Origin: a virus
Strand: one strand, 5' to 3'
IMG/VR virus record: IMGVR_UViG_3300001533_003062
Coordinates: 26,327-90,326 of that record
DNA length: 64,000 nt
Each line of letters opens with the position of its first letter. Position 1 is the stretch's first letter. This document shows positions 51,554-61,561 of this stretch, piece after piece. A program made the position numbers and the translations under genes. The notes beneath the pieces are model-generated. The model ran no database searches. It saw only the letters and a program-made list of their open reading frames with translations, and was not told the origin of the DNA.

Positions 51554-51865
51554 CTATATTGGTAATAGCTCTAATTTAAGAGATAAAGTATCCTCATAAT
51601 TAGTGAACTTGATTACATCATCCCTTAAACCCGGATGGAACTTCAAATAAGCAGTTCTTAAGTAACCGACACCGTTTGGTATATAATCAAATTTTATTTC
51701 CTCAGGTATCTCAAGTATTACTTTTTTCATGGTAGCAGCATTTACATATACGTATCTGACTATTTCATCCAGGACCTCTAACTCAGTGAAGCTATCTTCT
51801 ATCCCTATCCTCAAATTGTCTATATGAGCAGTCTTAAAGATCTGACTTGACATCGTAAACCTCAT
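51554..51865 (-). CDS. Hypothetical protein
   Basis: 103 aa, abuts upstream gene. Confidence 0.5.
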   Translation of the reverse strand: MRFTMSSQIFKTAHIDNLRIGIEDSFTELEVLDEIVRYVYVNAATMKKVILEIPEEIKFDYIPNGVGYLRTAYLKFHPGLRDDVIKFTNYEDTLSLKLELLPI

Positions 51866-53548
51866 TTACCATCTAGATTTTACAGATTTAATTCCGTTAT
51901 TTATTATCTCTCTTATTTTTTTATCTAAAGGCCTTATCTTCCTCTTACGTAAAAGTCTGTTGATAATACCCTTTATATAAGTTACGCTTTCTCCCTTATT
52001 ATCTTCTAGGACCTCTTCTACAATATTCTCCGCCTCTTCTATCTTGGACTGTTCTTCTTCTTTAAGCTGCTCTTCCTTCTCGCCTTCGCTATCTTCAGCT
52101 TCTTCTGACTCTTCTATAACTTGCATCTGCTCATCAGAGGGAAGACCCTCAGGAGATACATCACCAGTACCTTTAGGAGTGCCCTCTTCCGGTTCAGGGA
52201 CCTCTTCCGGAGGAGTCCCTGACTGGATTACCCTGTCCATGATATCAAAGGCATATTTTATTAAATAATCAGAAGTTTTACCCAAGGAATAATAACCATC
52301 TCGAGTTATTATCAAAAATATTTCTTCAGGATGATTCGATATTGTTTCCAATACTTTTATTTTCTCCTGGTCCGTCCGCGGTAGCCAAACATCCCTTACC
52401 CACTCTATAAACTTTCTTTTTCTCGTTTTTTCTCTGAAATGACGGATAGGTTTCCTTGATTTTACCGCCCTCTTAACTTCCTCTAAATTAAAGTCGAAGC
52501 CGAAAAGATCGCGCCATACTTTTGTATTTATTATAGGAGAAACTGGACCTATATAAGGAAATTTTTCGGAGACCTTATCTACTTTTAAATCTTGAGTATT
52601 CTGCTCCATAAACTTGTAGACAGCTAATATGTGTTTACACACTCTAAAGTTAACACCCCTACCTGGGTTCTTCCTATTGAACCTATAGGAGGATACCTGA
52701 TCGCGGGGAGTCGGGGCTATATTCCTATCCCTAGTCTTAGCCACCAAACCGCCTTTATAAATATATCGCCCTAGAATCGCGTAGTATTGGGCCCCGTGGT
52801 AGAGGAAAGAATCACAATTACAGGAAATAAGTACAGGATAGTCCAGTAAAGAACCTAACTGACCCCCTCCTGACTTGGGCCTAAGGAATTGCAAATGAAC
52901 TGTCTTAGCCCCACTTTTACCCCTAACTCTACCTTCCCCATCAGGGGAGAGAGCTGAAAAACGGTATAAACCTGATTTCTTCTCCTCTTCATTACTCAAA
53001 AGCGATACAGATACCTTTAAAGATCTTTCTTCTTTTTTAGGTCTATTATAGTGAGTATCCTTGCTTATGACATCTTTTAGAGAATTAGCCGTCTTCAAGA
53101 AACTAGCACTCCTACCGGAACCCGGAGAACGTGTTAAGCTCACCGCGGGGCTCTGCTGGTCCTCATCCTCAGTCCAATCTTCTTCTCTAACTTTTTCCCA
53201 ATAATCTAAAGGAGATTCGTCTTTAAATACCTTAGGCTGATTATAAAAGCCTTGATCTATTTCAGCAGGTATCTGATTCACAAAAGGAGCAGAATCACGT
53301 TGATCCTTAGGTGCAGTATTAGGATCAACGTAATCATAAGGATTAACAGATACCCCAGGCTTAGTATCCTTCATTACGCTCTTAAATTTATCTTTATCTA
53401 CCATCTTCATGATTACATCAGAGGGTAAGGCATCTACTTTAGACTTATTCTTTAAGTGAGTGACCCAATCCTCTTCCTGCTCATAGGGCCCCATATTCTG
53501 AGGCTCCTCTCTGTACCTAGCAATGACGTTTTTTATGGAAGCTGGCAT
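51866..53548 (-). CDS. SWIM zinc-finger protein
   Basis: ISCNCDSF...VCKHILAV (CxC..CxH). Confidence 0.65.
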   Translation of the reverse strand: MPASIKNVIARYREEPQNMGPYEQEEDWVTHLKNKSKVDALPSDVIMKMVDKDKFKSVMKDTKPGVSVNPYDYVDPNTAPKDQRDSAPFVNQIPAEIDQGFYNQPKVFKDESPLDYWEKVREEDWTEDEDQQSPAVSLTRSPGSGRSASFLKTANSLKDVISKDTHYNRPKKEERSLKVSVSLLSNEEEKKSGLYRFSALSPDGEGRVRGKSGAKTVHLQFLRPKSGGGQLGSLLDYPVLISCNCDSFLYHGAQYYAILGRYIYKGGLVAKTRDRNIAPTPRDQVSSYRFNRKNPGRGVNFRVCKHILAVYKFMEQNTQDLKVDKVSEKFPYIGPVSPIINTKVWRDLFGFDFNLEEVKRAVKSRKPIRHFREKTRKRKFIEWVRDVWLPRTDQEKIKVLETISNHPEEIFLIITRDGYYSLGKTSDYLIKYAFDIMDRVIQSGTPPEEVPEPEEGTPKGTGDVSPEGLPSDEQMQVIEESEEAEDSEGEKEEQLKEEEQSKIEEAENIVEEVLEDNKGESVTYIKGIINRLLRKRKIRPLDKKIREIINNGIKSVKSRW

Positions 53549-53568
53549 ATAAAAACCTTATCTTATTT

Positions 53569-54666
53569 TTACAAACTATCTAATAAAGATGACACGTCTA
53601 TGCTGTCATCAGAATCAGTTACTACTACAGCATTATCCGAAGTAATATCCACGGCGATATCCTCCCCGGACTTACTAAAAGAGGCCTTCCCTACGGTAAT
53701 CTCACTATTTGACTCAAAAACAACTCCACTATCCTCAGAATCTACTCCGCCTATAGTCAACTTAGAATCTATATCCCGGATATTCCCCTCTACTTCGATA
53801 GGGGAGCCCTTTTTCACAACTACGCCGTCTTGATCCAAAGGCGTATTTAAGCTATCCTCTATTGTGAGACCCTCCAAGGCATCCTCTTCTACTTTTTTAG
53901 TAGGAGACTTTTTACTTGTAGCTTTCTTACTAACCGTTTTCTTTCCTGTAGCCTTAGTCTTAGCGGGCTTTTCCTCTACCTGAGCCTGCGTAGACGAACT
54001 AATATCAGTTCTTTTAGGATCATCATAAGCGGTCTCTACTACAACGTCTTCTTCTACTGAAACCTTTTCCGTGCTCTCCGTATTTTTAGAATCTTCTTTT
54101 TTATTATCATAAGTAGTTTTCTTAGCTACTGAATCTTCATCCGAGATTATTTCTCTTTTCTTTTCCTCAGCAGCATCAGAGATCTCTACAGAAGAACTAC
54201 TTCTAGTCTCCGCAGCCTGATCATCTTTAGTGACTTTCCTAACCTCTCTTTGATCATCATTTACAACTTTAAGAGCGGTCTCCTCTTCGTTTACAATTTT
54301 TTTCAGCTCTTTATTTGTCCCCGGAGCTGGATTTCTGCTCAAGTCATGATTGGTATCTGGGCTACTATGCTCCACTGTGCTATTAGCTATTACCTTTCTA
54401 AGAGACTGAGGTTTTACTATTCTACCTCTAATCTTTTCTTGAACCTTGAGTAAAAACTCATCAGAGCCATTATAAGCTTCGATCCATTCACCCTTTACCT
54501 TACGGAGTGCCGCAGCAGTACCTTGCTCCTCACCACCCATTACTACATTGGTCTCATCGAAATCAAGGGCGTCACCCATTTTAATCTCAAGAGTCTTAGT
54601 GGCTCCATTTTTACTGACATTCAGCGAAAAATTATCTATCGCCACGTACCTCTGATAACTAGACAT
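53569..54666 (-). CDS. Acidic low-complexity hypothetical protein
   Basis: Likely start MSSYQ at 54666 with GGAGG. Confidence 0.65.
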   Translation of the reverse strand: MSSYQRYVAIDNFSLNVSKNGATKTLEIKMGDALDFDETNVVMGGEEQGTAAALRKVKGEWIEAYNGSDEFLLKVQEKIRGRIVKPQSLRKVIANSTVEHSSPDTNHDLSRNPAPGTNKELKKIVNEEETALKVVNDDQREVRKVTKDDQAAETRSSSSVEISDAAEEKKREIISDEDSVAKKTTYDNKKEDSKNTESTEKVSVEEDVVVETAYDDPKRTDISSSTQAQVEEKPAKTKATGKKTVSKKATSKKSPTKKVEEDALEGLTIEDSLNTPLDQDGVVVKKGSPIEVEGNIRDIDSKLTIGGVDSEDSGVVFESNSEITVGKASFSKSGEDIAVDITSDNAVVVTDSDDSIDVSSLLDSL

Positions 54667-54764
54667 AAAACCTCCTATTTTTGATTTAGATATACTGTCT
54701 ATCATTTAAAATTTTATTGTAATACATATACTTATATTAATAAATTATTATAATTTCTTTTGAT

Positions 54765-55673
54765 TCAAGAAGAAATCTTTAGTGTTACCTTTTTATTGGC
54801 CTTACTTGAAAATATAATATTGTCTACACTAAATGTTAAACCTCTAAAATAATCATTACCTATATATTTCTTAGCCATGCCTTTTTTAAGATACGCTATA
54901 GTTACGTGCGGCTGGAACGTGGGGAAGGTGTTGTCGTTCTCAAGCTCATGCTCAAATAAATAGTGCATGCTCTCTAGAACAGGGGACTCCACAGATATCT
55001 TTAACACATCATTATCGGGGGTATCAAAATGTGTAATTAGACCTAATCTTATCTCGAAAGGCCTGAAGTGTCTTAAAATTTTACGAACCTGGCCCGGGTC
55101 GTCACTTTTTATACCGTAAAAAATAGTAGCGTGTATTTCGTCCTCTAAACCAATACCCTCTAAATCCTCTTTAGGTATGTTTTCCTTGCCCCAGGACATA
55201 ACCTCATCTGCTAAGTAAGAAGGTAAGTCTACCTGTGTAGAAGCGTAACTATAGGTCTCTCCTAGTTTAGCTGTTTTCGAATTATTAACCCTGACCCCGT
55301 CCGCTAACTCATATTTATGTTCTTTACTATTATATTTAAGTAATACCAGAGGGCCTGAACTCTTTAAAAAACTATCCATTAGATAAAGAATCGTATCCTT
55401 ACCCTTGTCAGACATCTCACCAATATTTATAGTCTTTATACTATTAGTTATCGGTTTATTAATAGGTCCTATGCTATCACCAAAATCAGCTAAAGTTATC
55501 GTCTCTCCGCTCAAAAAATCTTCAAATAACTTCTTTTTATCTTTTTTATCCATTACCTCAAAATAAAAATCAAAGCCGCTGTGATCCTTTTTAGAACCGT
55601 GTGGCATAGCATTTTTTAGGATAGATTCACCAACCCCTCTTATAGCTTGGGCTGCGGATATTCGGATTGACAT
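54765..55673 (-). CDS. 2H phosphoesterase (Acb1/T4 gp57B-like) with N-terminal extension
   Basis: Paired HxT motifs IHATIFYG and PHVTIAY; start at 55673 overlaps the upstream stop (TAATG). Confidence 0.8.
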   Translation of the reverse strand: MSIRISAAQAIRGVGESILKNAMPHGSKKDHSGFDFYFEVMDKKDKKKLFEDFLSGETITLADFGDSIGPINKPITNSIKTINIGEMSDKGKDTILYLMDSFLKSSGPLVLLKYNSKEHKYELADGVRVNNSKTAKLGETYSYASTQVDLPSYLADEVMSWGKENIPKEDLEGIGLEDEIHATIFYGIKSDDPGQVRKILRHFRPFEIRLGLITHFDTPDNDVLKISVESPVLESMHYLFEHELENDNTFPTFQPHVTIAYLKKGMAKKYIGNDYFRGLTFSVDNIIFSSKANKKVTLKISS

Positions 55674-55873
55674 TAAGACCACCTTGACATAGAATCTTTA
55701 GCCCAGAATAAAGCCTCTCTTATCTTATTTAAGGAGATATTTTTCTCCGGGCATTCAAGACACCTATCTTCTGTCATCTCCGCAAGATATATAGCAGAAT
55801 TACTTATCACCTTGAAGCTCTCCTCTGAGTTAGGATTTAAAGTATCAAGGTAGAATATATTTTTATCTATCAT
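55673..55873 (-). CDS. Acb2/Tad1-like helical hairpin protein
   Basis: EKNISLNKIREALFWAKDSMSR resembles the RExSLAxTKLEEAxxWA pattern recalled for cyclic-nucleotide sponges. Confidence 0.5.
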   Translation of the reverse strand: MIDKNIFYLDTLNPNSEESFKVISNSAIYLAEMTEDRCLECPEKNISLNKIREALFWAKDSMSRWS

Positions 55874-55884
55874 AATTAAGGCTC

Positions 55885-56538
55885 CTACTCTGTGGTTTTA
55901 CCATCAAAATGCTCGGAATCTTCCATAGCATCGCCTTTAGTTTTGTGAATCACCCCATCTTTGTGGTGTGGGGGGCTGTATATTGAGTATAATTTTAAAG
56001 GACCCTTTCCGGTATTTATAAAATTATGCTTAGCTCCCGCAGGCACTATAACCGAAGAATCATCCTTAACCTTATACGTTTTACTATTAATTATAGCCTC
56101 ACCCTCTCCCTCTTCTATACGGAAGAACTGATCAACATCGTGCACCTCGTCACCTATATCTTCTCCAGGCCCTATACTCATTAAAACTAATTGGCTACTT
56201 TTTCCTGTGTATAATACTTCCCTGAAGTTATTGTTATCTATAGTGGTCTTGCTGATATCCTTGTCGTAGAAACCCTCTAAACTGGGATTTTCAGACACCT
56301 CCTCTTCTTCAGAAAATTTATAGATTATAGAATCCGCTAAATTCCGCATATAGTCCGCCATGGTCATGGGAACCTCGTTCGCTTTTTTATTTTTTTTCTT
56401 CTTTTTATCTTTATTACGCCACATATCCAGGCATATTGCCACAGATTGGTCTTGAGGCTTACCCTCTACTCTACGGAGCTGGTGCATGCAGGCACCCATC
56501 CACCCGTCTTTATTCTTGAATTTTTTAGGATCAGGCAT
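55885..56538 (-). CDS. Cupin protein with phage-type N-terminal extension
   Basis: NFREVLYTG..QLVLMSI..EVH..DQFF..PAGAKHN..YSPPHH. Confidence 0.85.
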   Translation of the reverse strand: MPDPKKFKNKDGWMGACMHQLRRVEGKPQDQSVAICLDMWRNKDKKKKKNKKANEVPMTMADYMRNLADSIIYKFSEEEEVSENPSLEGFYDKDISKTTIDNNNFREVLYTGKSSQLVLMSIGPGEDIGDEVHDVDQFFRIEEGEGEAIINSKTYKVKDDSSVIVPAGAKHNFINTGKGPLKLYSIYSPPHHKDGVIHKTKGDAMEDSEHFDGKTTE

Positions 56539-56557
56539 GATTTATCTCCTATTATAC

Positions 56558-57907
56558 TTATTGAATTCTTCTTGAATACCTATTATACTTATTGAATTCT
56601 TCTTGAATAGCAGAATCCATCTTACGTATAGTATCTACAATTAACTTAACAAGTTCCTCGGACTTACCCTCTTTACCCTCTGGATCTTTATTATACTCGA
56701 TAATAGTATTATCGATGATACGTTTCAAAGTACCTGTGTCAAACTTTTTAACCTTTTTTAAAGTTTCTCCTATGGTGCCCTCTAACTCTTCTATAAGGCC
56801 CTTGAACTTTTTAAGCACTAAGTTAGGATCACCTACAGCAATGCTCTCAAATTGGTCCTCTAAGGACTTCAATTTAAAGGACTCATCCATCGAGGCAGTA
56901 CCTGCTGTCCGCACAATAAGGCTCCTCAGCTCATAAGCAGCCTCTTCTTTTCCTATAAGCTTAGCAACATTTGCAGCTTGCTTTAAAACCTTAGCGGTCT
57001 TGAGTGCTTTAATTTTTTTAGATATAGTACCCATAGCATCCCTCAGACTTTTTGAATCCGAGTGGCCTAAATCCTCAGCAAAACCGGGGTTCTCTATAAT
57101 AGTCTCTATTACCGCTATAAGGGCCTTATTTGTAGCCGAGTCTTCGGTTATTTCCTTTAATTTTTCTATTTCTTCCTTAAGATCGGACTTAGACATTCTA
57201 CTATATTTCTTAACAGCATCAAGAATAACATTTTGATCTATATTGCCCAGTGTGGACCCCGCTATCTCGTATAAAGAAGAGGTCACTCCAATAGCACTCT
57301 CTTCTCTATCTCCCGCTTTTTCTAACATAGACCCTACTTTTTCCGATAGAGAATACACCACATTAGCAATTTTAGAATAACCAGAGTCTCGCATCTTTTT
57401 AGAGATGATCTCTAGGTCACGAGCATTTTTCTGTATTTTATTTTTATGCATTAGATTTTTTAGGTAGGTGTCATCTCCCTTATCCTCTATGATAACTCCC
57501 TTAAGTAGATTGAGCCTCCTCTTATCTTTCTTACTTTGGCTTTTATCTAACCTACGGTACTCAGCCTCAATCTGATTAACGCCCAGACTTTTATACCCCC
57601 GGACTAGATCGACTAACTCTTTTACAGGTAAGGGCTCCTCATCCTGCGGGTCTATCTGAATTACGTCCGGATTCTTGTACCAGTCTTTTTCTAAGATCTC
57701 GGGTTTACCCGTCTGCATTGGTTTACCTTTATTAATAGGCCCTCTTACCCTATCTTTAAGCCTTTCTCTCTTACCAGGCCAAATACCTGGAAAAGCAGCC
57801 TCCCTAATGATCCGAGCTTCCTCTGACTTACCCTTAGCGGCCAGCTTCTCTGATAAAAGGTTGAGAGCCTTCTCTACTAAATCTAGTGCTTTACTATCGT
57901 CCGACAT
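56558..57907 (-). CDS. Helical protein with repeated leader-like segments
   Basis: LSEKLAAKGKSEEA, ISKKMRDSGYSKIA, AANVAKLIGKEEAA. Confidence 0.6.
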   Translation of the reverse strand: MSDDSKALDLVEKALNLLSEKLAAKGKSEEARIIREAAFPGIWPGKRERLKDRVRGPINKGKPMQTGKPEILEKDWYKNPDVIQIDPQDEEPLPVKELVDLVRGYKSLGVNQIEAEYRRLDKSQSKKDKRRLNLLKGVIIEDKGDDTYLKNLMHKNKIQKNARDLEIISKKMRDSGYSKIANVVYSLSEKVGSMLEKAGDREESAIGVTSSLYEIAGSTLGNIDQNVILDAVKKYSRMSKSDLKEEIEKLKEITEDSATNKALIAVIETIIENPGFAEDLGHSDSKSLRDAMGTISKKIKALKTAKVLKQAANVAKLIGKEEAAYELRSLIVRTAGTASMDESFKLKSLEDQFESIAVGDPNLVLKKFKGLIEELEGTIGETLKKVKKFDTGTLKRIIDNTIIEYNKDPEGKEGKSEELVKLIVDTIRKMDSAIQEEFNKYNRYSRRIQ

Positions 57908-57918
57908 TTATTGCTCCT

Positions 57919-58632
57919 TTATTGCTCCTTATAGTATTCAGCTAATTTCTCATCGAAATATTTTATTTTATTCTTCGGCAGAAAACTCTTGAGACCGGAA
58001 GTATAGTATGCGAACGAATCTGCCCAATCGTCCCATGGATTTCTTTTAGCATAAAAACGTGTAAAACCTGCGTCAGGTGAATAATACCAATCATCTTTTA
58101 AAACAGGCATACCCTTCTCTTTAATTACCATCCTTTTGTGACCCGGGATAGGCTTCTCAGACCATCCTGAAAGATTCAGCCACTCTGGTTGAAGAGAGAG
58201 GTCAGAACCTACATCTTTACCTTTTTCAGCATCCCACCCATGACCTAACTCATGGTAAAGAGTCTGATCGAATTTATTTAACCGCCTTCCCTCAGGATCT
58301 ACATCCTCCGACACGTCATCTAATAACCTCTCATTTAAAATAAGAGTTCCCCCGTCTATGTACTTACCATGATTAGGGTAAAACTCTTTAGATTCTCCCA
58401 TGTCCTCAAAACCTAAACGGCTAATTTTGCAATCATTTACTAGCTCCGCCGGTATCCTCTTTAGACTATTCACAAGTAAATCAAAGTATTCGGGATTAGT
58501 ATTTTCAACTAAACCTATTCCATAGGTACTACTTAAGACTTCTGCAGAGCTGTTCTTATTAGACCAGTCCTGTATTTCTTTAGCTAAACGCCTTAATTTT
58601 TGTACCTGTGAAAACATAAAAAGCCTTTTCAT
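57919..58632 (-). CDS. Zinc metallopeptidase-like protein (HExxH)
   Basis: TLYHELGHGWD and YAKRNPWDDWADSF. Confidence 0.7.
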   Translation of the reverse strand: MKRLFMFSQVQKLRRLAKEIQDWSNKNSSAEVLSSTYGIGLVENTNPEYFDLLVNSLKRIPAELVNDCKISRLGFEDMGESKEFYPNHGKYIDGGTLILNERLLDDVSEDVDPEGRRLNKFDQTLYHELGHGWDAEKGKDVGSDLSLQPEWLNLSGWSEKPIPGHKRMVIKEKGMPVLKDDWYYSPDAGFTRFYAKRNPWDDWADSFAYYTSGLKSFLPKNKIKYFDEKLAEYYKEQ

Positions 58633-58682
58633 AACATATTATGAAAAGGCTTTAATATTAATAGAAAATTATAAATATATTG

Positions 58683-58967
58683 TTAAGCTTTTCGCCCCCT
58701 TAACTCATCCCTAGATAATCTAATGATCTTATCTGATACGCTATTAGAAGTGTTAAGATAAAGTCCTAGCCTTGCTATAGCCTCTAATTCCTCTGTAGCT
58801 AAGCAAGGATATATAGCCTCTACCCGAGCTATTAAAGATGCTTTATTCTTTCCTTCTATACGCTCACTTTTAAACTCTGAGAAATATTTATCCCTAATTT
58901 TTTTAGCCAATAACTCAGCAGCCAGCGCTAGCCTTTTGCATCTCTCCTGCTCTTCACTTTCTTGCAC
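58683..58967 (-). CDS. Hypothetical protein, 5' end possibly altered by the adjacent tnpB relic
   Basis: 94 aa ORF abutting the relic. Confidence 0.4.
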   Translation of the reverse strand: MQESEEQERCKRLALAAELLAKKIRDKYFSEFKSERIEGKNKASLIARVEAIYPCLATEELEAIARLGLYLNTSNSVSDKIIRLSRDELRGRKA

Positions 58968-58969
58968 TA

Positions 58970-59427
58970 ATTTTCTCTTTACTACAGACTCAAATAAATC
59001 CCAAGCCTGTGACCTCGGCTGCCGTGCCTTGGTCTATGGATCTGATAACACTAAAATAATGGCCCCTAAATTTTTTAGGGAAGCTGAAAAAGACCTTTAT
59101 AAAGTACAGAGGAAACTTAGTAAAAACTTAAAAAATTTACTAAAGAGAGGGCTAAGCAGAAAAAAATAGTATCTAAAGTCTACGGAAGAATTTCTAATAA
59201 AAGAAATGATTTTAGCCATAAAGTGGCCAATAACTTGGTTCAATCCTTTGATGTAATTTGTCTCGAAGATTTGGCTATAAAGAAAATGATAGAAACAAAG
59301 AAGCACTCTAAGAGCATAGCTGATGCGTCTTGGGCAAAACTGATTCAAATGATTACCTACAAAGCGGAAGAAGCTGGTAGGTTGGTTATTCCAGTTAACC
59401 CACGGTTTTAACCGTGGGAGCAGTCAC
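58970..59427 (+). pseudogene. tnpB: Decayed tnpB with its right end retained
   Basis: CDLG..PKFFREAEK, frameshift, DVICLEDL..SIADASW..YKAE..VNP joined directly to the right-end hairpin; zinc ribbon and RuvC-III missing; left boundary approximate. Confidence 0.85.
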
Positions 59428-59524
59428 TTCCTCTTAAATTTATGGTCAATTTCGACCTGATCTCTCACGAAAATTTTACCCTCAAGATTAAGATAAAATA
59501 CAACAGGAGACCCCTCTCTAGCAT

Positions 59525-60052
59525 TTACCAGTAATCATCGTCCTCTTCCTTTTTATCAAGATCCGGTTTAAAAGCGGGAGGGTGCTTTAATTTAATTGTA
59601 CGCCAAGCATCTCTTTTATTCTGGTCTTGCTTAAAATTCTGCTTCTCTGCTTCATAGAGCTCCGGATCCTCATAAGGGTCTGCATTATTAATTCCGATGA
59701 TTTTCACCCCACCATGCTTTATGTAGTCCTTGATATGAGTAGCTAAATTATCTGAAAATTCTTTGTTTAGCTCTAAAATAGACACCATATGGCTTAATGT
59801 ATTCTTAGGCCTAGGATAACCTTTCCAATTCTTAAGAGTTTTCTTAAACTTACTTATAAGATCTTCGCCATCTTTAACATCGCGATAAGTCTCCCGAGAC
59901 TCTTTAGCTATGTCTGTTAAAGAATCTATTATAGACTCGTTATTAAAATTATAGTCGCCTTCCCCTGATTCCTTAGGAAAAAGACTAGCACCTACCCAAT
60001 CTAAATGATCAACCAACATACACCACTCCTTTTTTAAATTATCTGATTCCAA
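59525..60052 (-). CDS. Hypothetical protein
   Basis: 175 aa, overlaps the end of the upstream gene. Confidence 0.55.
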   Translation of the reverse strand: MESDNLKKEWCMLVDHLDWVGASLFPKESGEGDYNFNNESIIDSLTDIAKESRETYRDVKDGEDLISKFKKTLKNWKGYPRPKNTLSHMVSILELNKEFSDNLATHIKDYIKHGGVKIIGINNADPYEDPELYEAEKQNFKQDQNKRDAWRTIKLKHPPAFKPDLDKKEEDDDYW

Positions 60053-61124
60053 TATCTTGAGCCTTTCTTGACCTGCGATCCAACTTTTTATCTCGGTTAC
60101 TTAGGAACTCTTCATAGTCATCAAAATCTTCTGGGACAACTTTATCTACTTCTGCTTTTATTTCAGGGTAAAACTTTAAGAGCTCCTCCACCACCCGAGA
60201 ATCTTGGATTCCTTGGTCTATCGCGTCCTTCACATCTCCTTCACGACCTCTTAACTCAAAAACGTCCCACCTTTGCCGATTCAAGGACACTAAGACATTT
60301 ACTAATAGTGTGTAAGGATCTCGATCTCCGTTATAGCCATAATAAGATAACTTCTCCGCAAATTCCGAGGCTACCCCGATTTCTATTGCCCTGAATAAAT
60401 GAACAACCACATGGAAAGGATCTAGGCCCCTATACTTTATGCTTTCTGCTAAAGCCCTTTCAGTCCCCGAGGCTATCTTCTTCCCCTCTCTCACCGCAGT
60501 CAGAATAACCCTCAGGGCGGCTCTATCCCCTAATAAACCTTTGTCGTCTGTTATGCCCTCTCCCCTCTCAAATTCGTATGGGGTTGCCCGAACAATGCCG
60601 TCCGCTATATCTCTAGAGGCTCTCAAAGTGTACACTATTTTACCCGGGCGATATAAAACCTCATTTATAGTTAGGTCCCTAAATCGCATATAACTCTCAA
60701 AGGATCGCTCGGTGTCTATGCCCCCAAAATTGTGGTACCCTTCCGTAGCCTGACTAAAAACTTCACTCTTTTCACTCAACTCCCTTAATTCTCTCTCAAG
60801 GTCGGGGTCTTCTGACCCTATTAGAACTAGGTCAAGGTCCCGAGGGGACTCTTTAGTCCTACCGGTTATATGCTTCCTTAAAACCTCACGAGCTACCCCT
60901 CCCTTTACCCACAAATTTTTGTGCTTCTTAAAAACTGGCGAGAGAGCCTCCAGGGCTTCTCCTACTTTTCCAGCAAAAGGCACAGAGGAGGTGTTGTCCT
61001 CTTTAATTACTTTCCTATAGTCTAAAAACGACAGCACCACGCGGAAAGGCATATTTGGTGTATTTTTTAGATGATTAAAACTCAAGGCTTTCAGACTCCC
61101 TAAAAAGATATAATTAGGCATCAT
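60039..61124 (-). CDS. CCA-adding / poly(A) polymerase-type nucleotidyltransferase (start uncertain)
   Basis: WVKGGVARE, PRDLDL (DxD), RDLTINE, DIADGIVR, ALRVI. Confidence 0.75.
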   Translation of the reverse strand: MMPNYIFLGSLKALSFNHLKNTPNMPFRVVLSFLDYRKVIKEDNTSSVPFAGKVGEALEALSPVFKKHKNLWVKGGVAREVLRKHITGRTKESPRDLDLVLIGSEDPDLERELRELSEKSEVFSQATEGYHNFGGIDTERSFESYMRFRDLTINEVLYRPGKIVYTLRASRDIADGIVRATPYEFERGEGITDDKGLLGDRAALRVILTAVREGKKIASGTERALAESIKYRGLDPFHVVVHLFRAIEIGVASEFAEKLSYYGYNGDRDPYTLLVNVLVSLNRQRWDVFELRGREGDVKDAIDQGIQDSRVVEELLKFYPEIKAEVDKVVPEDFDDYEEFLSNRDKKLDRRSRKAQDIGIR

Positions 61125-61208
61125 AGAACTATCGACTATCTCTTATTAATAAATTATTATAAGGACTTAATTTTTGGGGCATTAAAAAGTATATTCCTAC
61201 TAGGAAGG

Positions 61209-61547
61209 ATGCTTATGAGATACGCAGAACAACTAAAAGCATATAGCGATATCTTATGTCGAGAAGCGCTTAAGGTATCCTCTGCTGAGTGGGATTATCC
61301 GGCATCTTTGAACTATGTGCTATGTTTTAAGGACTGCACCATTGAGAATGCTTTCTATAGTTTTCTACTAAACTTTAAACCCATAGATGAAATCACAAAT
61401 AGTAAAGATTATCTTATAAAGGCGGACATACCGCTTACTTTAAAGGTGCTCTTCACGGAGAAGATAGAAAATATACCACTATATATTAATAACTCAAATC
61501 TTTTTGTACGGTGTGCGGCTATCTTCCGATTGAATGGCGGACCTTAA
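61209..61547 (+). CDS. Small hypothetical protein, paralog of 62115-62459
   Basis: C-terminus LFTEKIENIPLYIN..FVRCAAIFRL; AGTATATT motif and RBS upstream. Confidence 0.6.
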   Translation: MLMRYAEQLKAYSDILCREALKVSSAEWDYPASLNYVLCFKDCTIENAFYSFLLNFKPIDEITNSKDYLIKADIPLTLKVLFTEKIENIPLYINNSNLFVRCAAIFRLNGGP

Positions 61548-61561
61548 CAACATTAAAAAAC

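Noticed and set aside
59097-59348. 83-aa minus-strand ORF
   Set aside because: Antisense to the tnpB relic
228-60693. Many short plus-strand ORFs in the track (e.g. 10143-10658, 18461-18883, 26582-27064)
   Set aside because: Antisense shadows of long minus-strand genes, Ser/Leu/Phe-rich, with no RBS or motifs
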